From assembly GCA_002269645.1 (NCBI GenBank), contig NIVC01002441.1:1-64000 (forward strand): a stretch of 64,000 nt of DNA, read 5' to 3'. Source of the stretch: Macrostomum lignano. Its lineage: Eukaryota. Below, one piece after another: positions 35,901-46,840 of this stretch. Each line of letters begins with the position of its first letter. The stretch's first letter is position 1. The notes under the pieces are model-generated. The model saw only the letters and a program-made list of their open reading frames with translations. It searched no databases and had not been told where the DNA came from. The translations under genes were made by a program, and so were the position numbers.

Positions 35901-38900
35901 CAGCTTAACTTGTGCAGTGCTGGTGCCAAACGCTGGGTTACTCGTACTAGCTTGAAGACTGGAAATTTGAAAAATACAATAAAAAACCCTTTAAAAAACA
36001 TCGAAACAAAATGATGCTCTCCAGAAGAAAATGATTTCTGACAGTTCTGATGTCGTCTGATAATGAATAAATCTTCTTCTCCCGCTGGTGCAAGATTCTG
36101 ATAATAGAATAATGAAGAATTCATTTTCTCATTAATTTGTCACGCCGCCTTTTTCCTCAGTTCTCGTCAATTTCCTATCATCTCTTATCAAGCCTTGAAG
36201 CTCTCCCCATTCTCTCCAGAAGATAATAGGATTCAAAAACCGCTTACCTGTGCATGAGAAACTTGTCAGTATGAAAACCTGAGCCTGCGCTATTTTTGGC
36301 AATATCACCCAGGTTCGTGACATCCCATTGAAGGGTCACCGGGATAGAGTCCCACAGAAAAGTCGCTGAGATAAAATCACACTGAAAGGTCACAGGAATA
36401 GAATCCCATTAAGGTGACAGGGATGGAATTCAACTGAAAGTGACAGGGATAGAATCCCACTGAAAGTGAAGTTACAGGGATAGAATCCCACTGAAAAGTG
36501 ACAGGGATAGAATCCCACTGAAGTGAAGTGACAGGGATAGAATCCCACTGAAAAGTGACAGGGATAGAATCCTACTGAAGTGAAGTGACAGGGATAGAAT
36601 CCCACTGAAGTGAAGTGACAGGGATAGAATCCCACTGAAAAGTGAAGTGACAGGGATAGAATCCCACTGAAGTGAAGTGACAGGGATAGAATCCCACTGA
36701 AGTGAAGTGACAGGGATAGAATCCCACTGAAGTGAAGTGACAGGGATAGAATCCCACTGAAGTGAAGTGACAGGGATAGAATCCCACTGAAAAATGGAGG
36801 GACAGGGATAGAATCCCACTGAAAGTGATAGGGATAAAATCCCACGGAAAAATTTCAGGGATAAAATCCCACTGAAAGTGATAGGGATAGAATCCCACTG
36901 AAAAATCACAGAGATAAAATCCCACGGAAAAATTTCAGGGATAAAATCCCACTGAAAATTTACAGGGATAAAATCCCACTGAAAAATCACAGGGATAAAA
37001 TCCCACTGAAAATTCACAGGGATAAAATCCCACTGAAAAATCACAGGGATAAAATCCCACTGAAAAATCACAGGGATAAAATCCCACTGAAAATTCACAG
37101 GGATAAAATCCCACTGAAAAATCACAGGGATAAAATCCCACTGAAAATTCACAGGGATAAAACCACACCAAAAATTCGGATAAAATCCTGCTTAAAAGTC
37201 AAAGGGATTTAAACTAATCACTGACAATTCTGGGATAAAATCAAACTGAAAAGTCACAGGGATTTGAACTATTTGACGCAATGTCGAGCCCTCGAGTTTT
37301 TCTCCCCTAGTATAACCCTATCCCACATAACTCTTGCCGATTGCCTCTAATCTGGGCTAAGCTATCCTCTCGTTACATGCGCGCTGATGTGGGAGGAGGC
37401 TGCGACGGCGCCATCTATCTGAACATTTGGGTCCGCAGTTAGTACTCTCGTATTGTGCGCGGGCTATGCTGCATGGCATTAGTAGTGGGTCGTGTATCTC
37501 CCCCCCCCCAGCGTGCGTTCTAAATTATAGCTGCCTGCTGCCCCCCTATCTATCCGGTTCGTGAGGCGCCTGTCTGCCTGCTGTCTACCTGGGAGGGATG
37601 GATGGGGGTCGCTATTGCCTCTCGCCATCTGGTTTGCCTGCTCTCCTGCTGCTGCTGCTGCTAAATGCTTGATATGGATTTTTATGCGCTAAATTACTGT
37701 GCCAGCTGCATTGATTGATGGCTCATTATTGATCTGCGATGGAATGCCGGCTGTTAAGTACTGTTCTGCTCATGCGGCTCCAGCTGACAGCATCAGTGCA
37801 GTAGATGGGTAATCAGCTGACAGCATCAGTGCAGTAGATGGGTAATCAGCTGACAGCATCAGTGCAGTAGATGGGTAATCAGCTGACAGCATCAGTGCAG
37901 TAGATGGGTAATAAGCTGACAGCATCAGTGCAGTAGATGGGTAATCAGCTGACAGCATCAGTGCAGTAGATGGGTAATCAGCTGACAGCATCAGTGCAGT
38001 AGATGGGTAATCAGCTGACAGCATCAGTGCAGTAGATGGGTAATCAGCTGACAGCATCAGTGCAGTAGATGGGTAATCAGCTGACAGCATCAGTGCAGTA
38101 GATGGGTAATCAGCTGACAGCATCAGTGCAGTAGATGGGTAATCAGCTGACAGCATCAGTGCAGTAGATGGGTAATCAGCTGACAGCATCAGTGCAGTAG
38201 ATGGGTAATCAGCTGACAGCATCAGTGCAGTAGATGGGTAATCAGCTGACAGCATCAGTGCAGTAGATGGGTAATAAGCTGACAGCATCAGTTCAGTAGA
38301 TGGGTAATCAGCTGACAGCATCAGTGCAGTAGATGGGTAATCAGCTGACAGCATCAGTGCAGTAGATGGGTAATCAGCTGACAGCATCAGTGCAGTAGAT
38401 GGGTAATCAGCTGACAGCATCAGTGCAGTAGATGGGTAATCAGCTGACAGCATCAGTGCAGTAGATGGGTAATCAGCTGACAGCATCAGTGCAGTAGATG
38501 GGTAATCAGCTGACAGCATCAGTGCAGTAGATGGGTAATCAGCTGACAGCATCAGTGCAGTAGTTGGGTAATCAGCTGACAGCATCAGTGCAGTAGATGG
38601 GTAATCAGCTGACAGCATCAGTGCAGTAGATGGGTAATCAGCTGACAGCATCAGTGCAGTAGATGGGTAATCAGCTGACAGCATCAGTGCAGTAGATGGG
38701 TAATCAGCTGACAGCATCAGTGCAGTAGATGGGTAATCAGCTGACAGCATCAGTGCAGTAGATGGGTAATCAGCTGACAGCATCAGTGCAGTAGATGGGT
38801 AATCAGCTGACAGCATCAGTGCAGTAGATGGGTAATCAGCTGACAGCATCAGTGCAGTAGATGGGTAATCAGCTGACAGCATCAGTGCAGTAGATGGGTA

Positions 38901-41900
38901 ATCAGCTGACAGCATCAGTGCAGTAGATGGGTAATCAGCTGACAGCATCAGTGCAGTAGATGGGTAATCAGCTGACAGCATCAGTGCAGTAGATGGGTAA
39001 TCAGCTGACAGCATCAGTGCAGTAGATGGGTAATCAGCTGACAGCATCAGTGCAGTAGATGGGTAATAAGCTGACAGCATCAGTTCAGTAGATGGGTAAT
39101 CAGCTGACAGCATCAGTGCAGTAGATGGGTAATCAGCTGACAGCATCAGTGCAGTAGATGGGTAATCAGCTGACAGCATCAGTGCAGTAGATGGGTAATC
39201 AGCTGACAGCATCAGTGCAGTAGATGGGTAATCAGCTGACAGCATCAGTGCAGTAGATGGGTAATCAGCTGACAGCATCAGTGCAGTAGATGGGTAATCA
39301 GCTGACAGCATCAGTGCAGTAGATGGGTAATCAGCTGACAGCATCAGTGCAGTAGATGGGTAATCAGCTGACAGCATCAGTGCAGTAGATGGGTAATCAG
39401 CTGACAGCATCAGTGCAGTAGATGGGTAATCAGCTGACAGCATCAGTGCAGTAGATGGGTAATCAGCTGACAGCATCAGTGCAGTAGATGGGTAATCAGC
39501 TGACAGCATCAGTGCAGTAGATGGGTAATCAGCTGACAGCATCAGTGCAGTAGATGGGTAATCAGCTGACAGCATCAGTGCAGTAGATGGGTAATCAGCT
39601 GACAGCATCAGTGCAGTAGATGGGTAATCAGCTGACAGCATCAGTGCAGTAGATGGGTAATCAGCTGACAGCATCAGTGCAGTAGATGGGTAATCAGCTG
39701 ACAGCATCAGTGCAGTAGATGGGTAATCAGCTGACAGCATCAGTGCAGTAGATGAGTCACCAGCTGACAGCATCAGTACAGTAGATGAGTCACCAGCTGA
39801 CAGCATCAGTACAGTAGATGAGTCACCAGCTGACAGCATCAGTACAGTAGATGAGTCACCAGCTGACAGCATCAGTGCAGTAGATGAGTCACCAGCTGAC
39901 AGCATCAGTACAGTAGATGAGTCACCAGCTGACAGCATCAGTGCAGTAGATGAGTCACCAGCTGACAGCATCAGTGCAGTAGATGAGTCACCAGCTGACA
40001 GCATCAGTGCAGTAGATGGGTCACCAGCTGACAGCATCAGTGCAGTAGATGGGTCACCAGCTGACAGCAGCAGCAGATCTCAACCGAGTACCCAACCGCC
40101 TGCCCCCCAGAGCTGCATCGTTATCCAGGAGATCTACATCGACGGTCTCGTTGCTAAGGACGGCCGGCTTCGGCCCGGCGACCAGATTCTGGAGGTTAAC
40201 GGCGAGGAGCTGACGCAGGCCACCCACTGCCAGGCCAAGCGAGCGCTGTCCCAGCTGAATCCCATCTGCCGACTAGCCGTGTACCGGGAGCGCACCGAGG
40301 ATCCTAATAGGCCTGAGGAGCAGCTCAAAGTGACGCTTAACAAGCGCGTGGGGAAAACGCTGGGGATTAAGCTGGTTGGCAAAAAGTGAGATTCCGTTCT
40401 CTTATCATTTTTTATCTCCGTACGAGCGTAGTAACAGCCTAGCAACCAATTTGATTTGCCTTGAAACATATATTTACGTTGCCTAGCAACCGATCCAAGT
40501 TGATAAAATATAGTTCAACGTTGCCTAGCAACCGATTCAAGTTGCCTAGAAATAGATATCTACTTTGCCTAGCTACCGATTCGAGTTGCCTAGAAATAGA
40601 TATCTACTTTGCCTAGCAACCGATTCGAGTTTCCTAGAAATAGATATCTACTTTGCCTAGCTACCGATTCGAGTTGCCTAGAAATAGATATCTACTTTGC
40701 CTAGCAACCGATTCAAGTTGATAAAATATAGTTCAACGTTGCCTAGCAACCGATTCAAGTTGCCTAGAAATAGATATCTACTTTGCCTAGCAACCGATTC
40801 GAGTTGCCTAGAAATAGATATCTACTTTGCCTAGCTACCGATTCGAGTTGCCTAGAAATAGATATCTACGTTGCCTAGCAACCGATTCGAGTTGCCTAGA
40901 AATAGATATCTACTTTGCCTAGCAACCGATTCGAGTTGCCTAGAAATAGATATCTACTTTGCCTAGCAACCGATTCGAGTTGCCTAGAAATAGATATCTA
41001 CTTTGCCTAGCTACCGATTCGAGTTGCCTAGAAATAGATATCTACTTTGCCTAGCTACCGATTCGAGTTGCCTAGAAATAGATATCTACTTTGCCTAGCA
41101 ACCGATTCAAGTTGCCTAGAAATAGATATCTACGCTGCCTAGCAACCGATTCAAGTTGATAAAAAATAGTTCTACGTTGCCTAGCAACCGATTCAAGTTG
41201 CCTAGAAATAGATATCTACGTTGCCTAGCAACCGATTCGAGTTGCCTAGAAATAGATATTTACTTTGCCTAGCAACCGATTCAAGTTGCCTAGAAATAGA
41301 TATCTACGTTGCCTAGCAACCGATTCGAGTTGCCTAGAAATAGATATCTACGCTGCCTAGCAACCTATTCGAGTTGCCTAGAAGTATATATCTACGCTGC
41401 CTAGCAACCGATTCGAGTTGCCTAGAAGTAGATATCTACTTTGTCTAGCAACCGATTCGAGTTGCCTAGAAATAGATACCCTATGAAAAATTGGGCCGAA
41501 TTTTCACCCTACTCTTCACCCGAAATCGTGAGCACTTTGCGGGTGTAAAAATTGCCTGGCTACTGGCCCGGAATCATTACGAAAAGTTTGTTTTTCGGGC
41601 GATGCACCCGCATTTATACCCGAATATTTACGGGCGATTCACCCAGAATTATTTTGCTTGCAAATCCGGCCCGAACAGCTGGTCATATTTCCTGCTTTTG
41701 GTCTTAGTGATACTGTAGTGCACTATATTATAGTACGTTTTTAGAGGGCATAAAATTTACGGTGACTGCCACTTTTCATACTACAAAACTTGTATGTAGT
41801 TGAATAGGAAGATTTTGCATGTAAATGACCCCCTCCAAGAGAGCTACATATCGAGAAGAAAATAAGGCAATTCTGGAGGGATTCAATAAGAAATTTAGAT

Positions 41901-44900
41901 AGAAATGTTAAAACTTGGCCACATAATAAGAAAAAGTGTGCGTGATAGTTTATTTAAATATTTAATGAATGCATTCCATACGTTCAGTAAGCAAAAGCAT
42001 TAAAGCATAAAAGTAATAAAAGCAAAGGAGGGTTAAGAAAAGAATAGAAACAAACAAACAAAGTTGTAAAGAAGATAACATGCGGGGGCTTGACGTAGAG
42101 AAATCTATTTATAGGGGATTTGCAGCTAAGAAATAACCAAGTATACTAGTACGTTTGCGACTGAAAAGAGATAGATCTAAGGCACGAGAGTGCAAGGAGA
42201 GGGGTGCGCACAGAATGCACATGTGAAATAGCTAATATAGGGAAAGTATTAGCGCGACCACGGAGAAAGGAGAGATATCAGTAATGGGGTCTGGTGCAAA
42301 TCAAGGTGACTTCGCGATCCCTCTCTCCAAGTCGCAGCCACATTACGAAGCAATGAAAAAACAAATCAGTGTTGAACAAAAACAAATGCGATAGAAATTC
42401 ATAAGTTCAAAGTTTAAGCATAGATTTATAACTCAGCGAGCGACAGGATGCGATACTGCGCTTGATTGAACATGTCAGCGGTGTCACCGGTCTTGAGCCT
42501 GGTGCTGGGTGGCGTAACAGTGTCGAACCAGCGCATCTGGAGTAGAAGGGGGCGCAGTTGCAGAAAAGCGTCAATAATGTTTTAAACAACACTACAATAC
42601 AAAAAAATGAAAACATCACCTGGTTTGGTCTTCGTCGCCTTTCTAGCGACGCTGGTCTTTCTCGGTAGTTGGCCCTCTCGGCATCGGGAGTAGGCTAACC
42701 GAGTATGTCGCCTAACACCAGTCCTGGGCTGGAGTATGTCGCCTAACACCAGTCCTGGGCTGGAGTATGTCGCCTAACACCAGTCCTGTGCTGGAGTATG
42801 TCGCCTAACACCAGTCCTGGGCTGGAGTATGTCGCCTAACACCAGTCCTGGGCTGGAGTATGTCGCCTAACACCAGTCCTGGGCTGGAGTATGTCGCCTA
42901 ACACCAGTCCTGGGCTGGAGTATGTCGCCTAACACCAGTCCTGGGCTTGAGTATGTCGCCTAACACCAGTCCTGGGCTGAAGTATGTCGCCTAACACCAG
43001 TCCTGGGCTGGAGTATGTCGCCTAACACCAGTCCTGGGCTGGAGTATGTCGCCTAACACCAGTCCTGTGCTGGAGTATGTCGCCTAACACCAGTCCTGGG
43101 CTGGAGTATGTCGCCTAACACCAGTCCTGGGCTGGAGTATGTCGCCTAACACCAGTCCTGGGCTGGAGTATGTCGCCTAACACCAGTCCTGTGCTGGAGT
43201 ATGTCGCCTAACACCAGTCCTGTGCTGGAGTATGTCGCCTAACACCAGTCCTGGGCTGGAGTATGTCGCCTAACACCAGTCCTGTGCTGGAGTATGTCGC
43301 CTAACACCAGTCCTGGGCTGGAGTATGTCGCCTAACACCAGTCCTGGGCTGGAGTATGTCGCCTAACACCAGTCCTGGGCTGGAGTATGTCGCCTAACAC
43401 CAGTCCTGGGCTGGAGTATGTCGCCTAACACCAGTCCTGGGCTGGAGTATGTCGCCTAACACCAGTCCTGGGCTGGAGTATGTCGCCTAACACCAGTCCT
43501 GGGCTGGAGTATGTCGCCTAACACCAGTCCTGGGCTGGAGTATGTCGCCTAACACCAGTCCTGGGCTGGAGTATGTCGCCTAACACCAGTCCTGGGCTGG
43601 AGTATGTCGCCTAACACCAGTCCTGGGCTGGAGTATGTCGCCTAACACCAGTCCTGGGCTGGAGTATGTCGCCTAACACCAGTCCTGTAGTGACGGCATA
43701 GTTCCGGCGACGATGCTTAGCAGTCCCAAGGTCATCCGACATTAATGGCCAGAGAAAAACTTGGCTAAGGGGCTTGTATACATAGCATAAATGACTTAGG
43801 AGCATGGTATGATGATGATGCTAAAATTCTGTTTATAAGCAATAAAATCTAAACCTAAATTAAAAGGCAAGTAAATTGATTATTAATAATTTTCCTTAAT
43901 TATAATGATATAAGTACAGTGCTTAGAATGTTAAATCTGATGGTAAATGTTTATTCTACAAAACATATTCAGATTATTAGATCTAAAAAATTCATATAAG
44001 ATCAAAAAGAAGGCTTTATGTATAAGATATAAAGGGCCTCTATCTCTGGGAATATGTTAAATTGCAAAACTTTTTCAAGTTATTAGCTTCCTTGTAAAAT
44101 GCTCAGTTCTAGGCTTTAGGTTCCCTTAGAATATAATAAGTTATAAAAATTATATTTAATAAAATACAAAAGTGTGTGTGAGAATAAATAAATAGGCTAA
44201 TTGCTAGCAATCGAACACACACACACACACACACACACAGACAGACCACTTTTAGTATAATGGATTTTTTCGCTTATCCATAGTGCAGACTGATTGATTT
44301 CATTATAACAAATCAATATTATATTTATCATCCAAGATTATTATTAAGCCTGTTGAGACTGGACTTAATTAAATTATAATTTACTATGTGGCTGCCAGTT
44401 CCTGAACCGGGGCAGGGGGTCAGGCCTTGCTGTTGACTCATTTAGTGAAATAACTCACATTGACTATTTTTGAAGTTAAATAAACTTTGTCTGTTAGATC
44501 ATGATAAATTAATACAAAAGTAACAACACTTAGCAACATAGAACGTGTGGTCACCTCGCCACCCGCCCACAGGACCTGTCCCGGCCTATTCATCCTGGGC
44601 CTGGTGGTTGGCGGCTTAGCCGAGATAGACGGCCGGCTCAGACGGGACGATCGAATCCTAGAAATTAATGATCAGGACATCCGCAACGGCACCCAGGCGG
44701 AGGCTGCCGCAATTATTCAGGTGTGCCAGGCTCACATATCGACTGAGAGTATCGATAGCCAGAGTGACAGTCACAGACTCATTGAGAGCATTGGCACCTA
44801 AAGAGTGACAGACTCATTGAGGGGATTGGCACCCGAAGAGTGACAGACTCATAGAGAGTATTGGAACCCAAAGAGTGACAGACTCAAAGAAAGGACTGGC

Positions 44901-46782
44901 ACCCGAAGAGTGACAGACTCATTGAGAGCATTGGCACCTAAAGAGTGACAGACTCATTGAGAGTATTAGCACCTAAAGAGTGACAGACTCATTGAGAGTA
45001 TTAGCACCTAAAGAGTGACAGACTCATTGAGGGGATTGGCACCCGAAGAGTGACAGACTCATTGAGAGCATTGGCACCTAAAGAGTGACAGACTCATTGA
45101 GAGCATTGGCACCTAAAGAGTGACAGACTCATTGAGAGTATTAGCACCTAAAGAGTGACAGACTCATTGAGGGGATTGGCACCCGAAGAGTGACAGACTC
45201 ATTGAGAGCATTGGCACCCGAAGAGTGACAGACTCATTGAGAGCATTGGCACCTAAAGAGTGACAGACTCATTGAGAGTATTAGCACCTAAAGAGTGACA
45301 GACTCATTGAGAGTATTAGCACCTAAAGAGTGACAGACTCATTGAGAGCATTGGCACCCGACGAGTGACAGACTCATTGAGAGATTTGGAACCCAAAGAG
45401 TGACAGACTCAGAGAGTATTGGAACCCAAAGAGTGACAGACTCATTGAGAGGTCTGGCACCCGAAGAGTGACAGACTCAAAGAAAGGACTGACACCCAAA
45501 GAGTGACAGACTCATAGAGAGTATTGGAACCCAAAGAGTGACAGACTCATTGAGAGGTCTGGCACCCAAAGAGTGACAGACTCTTGAAGATTTTTGTTAC
45601 CCTTAAGGACAGACCGAACACGTTGGGACTCTTTAAGTCACTAATTTCTAAGAAATGAAATTCTCCCAATTCCCCCCCAGGCTGCCGAGGACAAGGTGAC
45701 CTTCCTGGTGTCGCGGCGGACGCGGCCGCAGACCCCGGACCTCATCCAGGCGGCCTCAAGCGACAGCCTCTCGGATCTGTGCCGCGGCCAGCTGCCCCCG
45801 CCTGCTCTGGCCTCTGGCTATGCCGGCTTCGCCTCCTGCGCTCCCCCGCTGGGCCGCCGGTCGCTGCCCTACCAGACTGACTCCGGCGCCGGCCCCATGG
45901 ATCCCATGGACGATGAGTCCGACTATCAGGGCCGGGTTGTGGTGATTGACAAGCTGGCCGGCGAGTCCCTGGGCATGTCGGTGGCTGGCGGCATCGGCTC
46001 CCAGCGCGGCGACATCCCCGTCTACGTTACCAACCTGCAGCCTGACGGCCTGGCCGCCAGGTCCAGGCAGGTGAGAAAAGGCGACGTACTGCTGGCTGTG
46101 AACGACATCCCGCTGCTGGGCCTCAGCCACGAGGAGGCCGTGCGACTGCTCAAAGCTCAAGAGGGACCCGTTGCTGTGCGCCTGCTGCCAGGTGAGTCTG
46201 GTGATCTCCCTGTTCTGTCAGGCAGCCTCCATGTTGTGTCAGGTGGCCTCATTGATCTGTAGGAAAACCCAGTACCCCTTGAAGAAATCCCAGTACCCCC
46301 TGAAGAAAGCCCAGTACCCCCTGAAGAAAGCCCAGTACCCCCTGAAGAAAGCCCAGTACCCCCTGAAGAAACCCTGTACCCCCTGAAGAAAGCCGCTGCT
46401 CACCCCTCCAGGCTCCGAGTCCAGCTCAGGCGGCGGCAACTTCATGCCCAGCTGGGTTTACTGGCTCTCCCTGCCGCCTGTCTGCTACCTGGAGCGCAAC
46501 GTGGACCTGGCCCGGGACCCCTGCACCGGCTCTCTCGGCTTCTCCATCGTTGGCGGCGCCGACAGCCTCGCCGGGCCGCAGCCCATCATCGTCAAGAGCG
46601 TCGTCTACGGCGGCCCGGCGCACGAGGACGGCCGGCTGCGCTGCGGCGACATGATCACCAGGGTGAACGGCGACTGCCGACTGGCCGGCTTCACCCACGG
46701 CCAGGCTGTGGCTCTGCTGAAATCTCTGCGCTGCGACACCGTGCTGCTGACTGTGGTCTCCTGGCCTGGCACCATTGTGTGA
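17508..46782 (+). CDS. LNX: LNX1/2-type E3 ubiquitin ligase (Zn-RING-Zn, extra TRAF-type finger, 4 PDZ); join 17508-17786,21040-21429,22013-22173,33593-33685,34552-34715,35301-35413,40111-40385,44573-44720,45681-46191,46412-46782
   Basis: Ten GT-AG exons sum to 2505 nt (835 codons incl. stop) with consistent phases. LCSSCGRFH...HLYDY, RING CKLCQQPLVDPLDTKCGHTFC, four PDZ domains and C-terminal SWPGTIV* are collinear with vertebrate LNX1/LNX2. Confidence 0.92.
18021..19413. repeat. 37-bp minisatellite (ATGGAATAGAATGGATTGCTAATCTATCCATTATGTC), LNX intron 1
   Basis: About 37 near-identical copies. Confidence 0.97.
20078..20956. repeat. 23-bp minisatellite (CTTCAGTGCCCCTGTTCCCCTCC), intron 1
   Basis: About 38 copies; explains the 23-aa periodic ORFs in the track. 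Confidence 0.97.
21040..21429 (+). CDS. LNX: LNX exon 2 (Pro-rich linker, N-terminal Zn finger, RING start)
   Basis: CCTCAG|GCT...TGCAAG|GTTAG; encodes LCSSCGRFHEAGGAHLYDYDQDIDQDLMCK. Confidence 0.9.
21500..21885. repeat. 28-bp minisatellite (GAGTGAGAATTCAGGTCTGAACTTCAGG), intron 2
   Basis: About 14 copies. Confidence 0.95.
22013..22173 (+). CDS. LNX: LNX exon 3 (RING finger)
   Basis: LCQQPLVDPLDTKCGHTFCTPCLKSHLARQALCPIDK...; phase-2 donor AA|GTGAGT. Confidence 0.95.
22355..24566. repeat. ~40-45-bp pyrimidine-rich minisatellite (CTATCTCACCCTTGTCTACTTCTCCGTCTCCTCTCTTCATACCGT), intron 3
   Basis: About 50 copies with length variants. Confidence 0.95.
26716..27650. repeat. 21-bp minisatellite (ATCCATCCAGAGTGACTCTCA), intron 3
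   Basis: About 40 copies; a ~70-bp non-unit interruption occurs twice (~27050 and ~27470). Confidence 0.93.
28321..28499 (+). CDS. Candidate alternative first exon of LNX (RING-less isoform)
   Basis: GTCCAG acceptor, open frame with ATG at 28399 (MPAAAASNATVAASAAAAKPSSHQHSGLLLSPSG), and GG|GTGAGA donor in phase 2 matching exon 4. Confidence 0.45.
28535..29034. repeat. 36/33-bp minisatellite (GGTGTGCTGAACCCGGCTTGATAGCGGCTGTATAAA), intron 3
   Basis: About 14 copies. Confidence 0.95.
29758..31035. repeat. (TCTG)n microsatellite grading into a 22-bp minisatellite (CTGTCTCAGTGTCTGTCTGCAT)
   Basis: TCTG run to ~29950, then about 49 22-mers. Confidence 0.95.
32405..32623 (-). mobile_element. tRNA-derived CORE-type SINE
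   Basis: A box TAGCCTAGTGG (32608-32618), B box GGTTCGATTCC (32564-32574), then TGTGTCCTTGAGCAAGACACTTAAC...CAGCTGTAAAATGGG, resembling the CORE domain. Confidence 0.75.
33219..33522. repeat. 56-bp minisatellite with internal hairpin GAGTCTCA...TGAGACTC
   Basis: About 5.5 copies. Confidence 0.93.
33593..33685 (+). CDS. LNX: LNX exon 4 (post-RING Zn finger)
   Basis: [30 protein letters not shown], similar to LNX2 LLDKLLVLCP...QRCDLEAHL. Confidence 0.93.
33800..34255. repeat. 21-bp minisatellite (CTATCCTGAAGCTGATAATCT), intron 4
   Basis: About 21 copies. Confidence 0.93.
34552..34715 (+). CDS. LNX: LNX exon 5 (TRAF-type Zn finger + Ala linker)
   Basis: CRGAVTRCSKSGQGCTFQGPKTALQNHLWECPF; phases match both neighbours. 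Confidence 0.9.
34741..35245. repeat. 21-bp minisatellite (GAGTGAGTGAATGCTATCAAT), intron 5
   Basis: About 24 copies. Confidence 0.93.
35301..35413 (+). CDS. LNX: LNX exon 6 (PDZ1 N-half)
   Basis: GEVTVIEIPRGCYDLGISFVGGCDTPL|GTAAG. Confidence 0.92.
36408..37162. repeat. 25-30-bp minisatellite (GTGACAGGGATAGAATCCCACTGAA...), intron 6
   Basis: About 28 copies in two sub-types. Confidence 0.92.
37780..40068. repeat. 33-bp minisatellite (CAGCTGACAGCATCAGTGCAGTAGATGGGTAAT), intron 6
   Basis: About 69 highly homogeneous copies. Confidence 0.98.
40111..40385 (+). CDS. LNX: LNX exon 7 (PDZ1 C-half, PDZ2 start)
   Basis: SCIVIQEIYIDGLVAKDGRLRPGDQILEVNG...KTLGIKLVGK. Confidence 0.95.
40432..41478. 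repeat. 44-bp minisatellite (TTGCCTAGCAACCGATTCGAGTTGCCTAGAAATAGATATCTACT), intron 7
   Basis: About 24 copies. Confidence 0.95.
42701..43687. repeat. 31-bp minisatellite (GAGTATGTCGCCTAACACCAGTCCTGGGCTG), intron 7
   Basis: About 32 copies. Confidence 0.97.
44573..44720 (+). CDS. LNX: LNX exon 8 (PDZ2)
   Basis: TCPGLFILGLVVGGLAEIDGRLRRDDRILEINDQDIRNGTQAEAAAIIQ. Confidence 0.93.
44761..45583. repeat. 35-bp minisatellite (AAAGAGTGACAGACTCATTGAGAGCATTGGCACCT), intron 8
   Basis: About 23 copies. Confidence 0.95.
45681..46191 (+). CDS. LNX: LNX exon 9 (PDZ2 end, linker, PDZ3)
   Basis: AAEDKVTFLVSRR...GESLGMSVAGGIGSQRGDIPVYV...LLP; phase-1 donor G|GTGAGT. Confidence 0.93.
46266..46392. repeat. 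21-bp minisatellite (GAAGAAAGCCCAGTACCCCCT), intron 9
   Basis: About 6 copies. Confidence 0.9.
46412..46782 (+). CDS. LNX: LNX exon 10 (PDZ4 and C-terminus)
   Basis: PSWVYWLSLP...GSLGFSIVGG...GRLRCGD...VVSWPGTIV*. Confidence 0.95.
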
Positions 46783-46840
46783 CCGCCTCCGGCTTTGTGC
46801 CATTGCATATCCGAAATGTTGCGTTGTAGCTGAAATGGGT

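Noticed and set aside
36130-36400. Nested minus-strand exon (…DVTNLGDIAKNSAGSGFHTDKFLMH|GTAAGC)
   Set aside because: Good donor, but the 5' part is minisatellite-derived, and no partner exon or homology was recognised.
37770-40037. 755-aa ORF (LMLSADYPSTA)n and similar long periodic ORFs at 19.9-21 kb, 22.2-24.7 kb, 29.7-31.1 kb, 46.4-48.2 kb, 55-56 kb, 59-60.6 kb and 63 kb
   Set aside because: They are translations of stop-free minisatellites lying in introns or UTRs, often open in several frames at once; no domain content.
40432-43687. 31-44-bp repeats as CRISPR arrays
   Set aside because: Units are head-to-tail with no unique spacers, there are no cas genes, and the context is eukaryotic intronic DNA.
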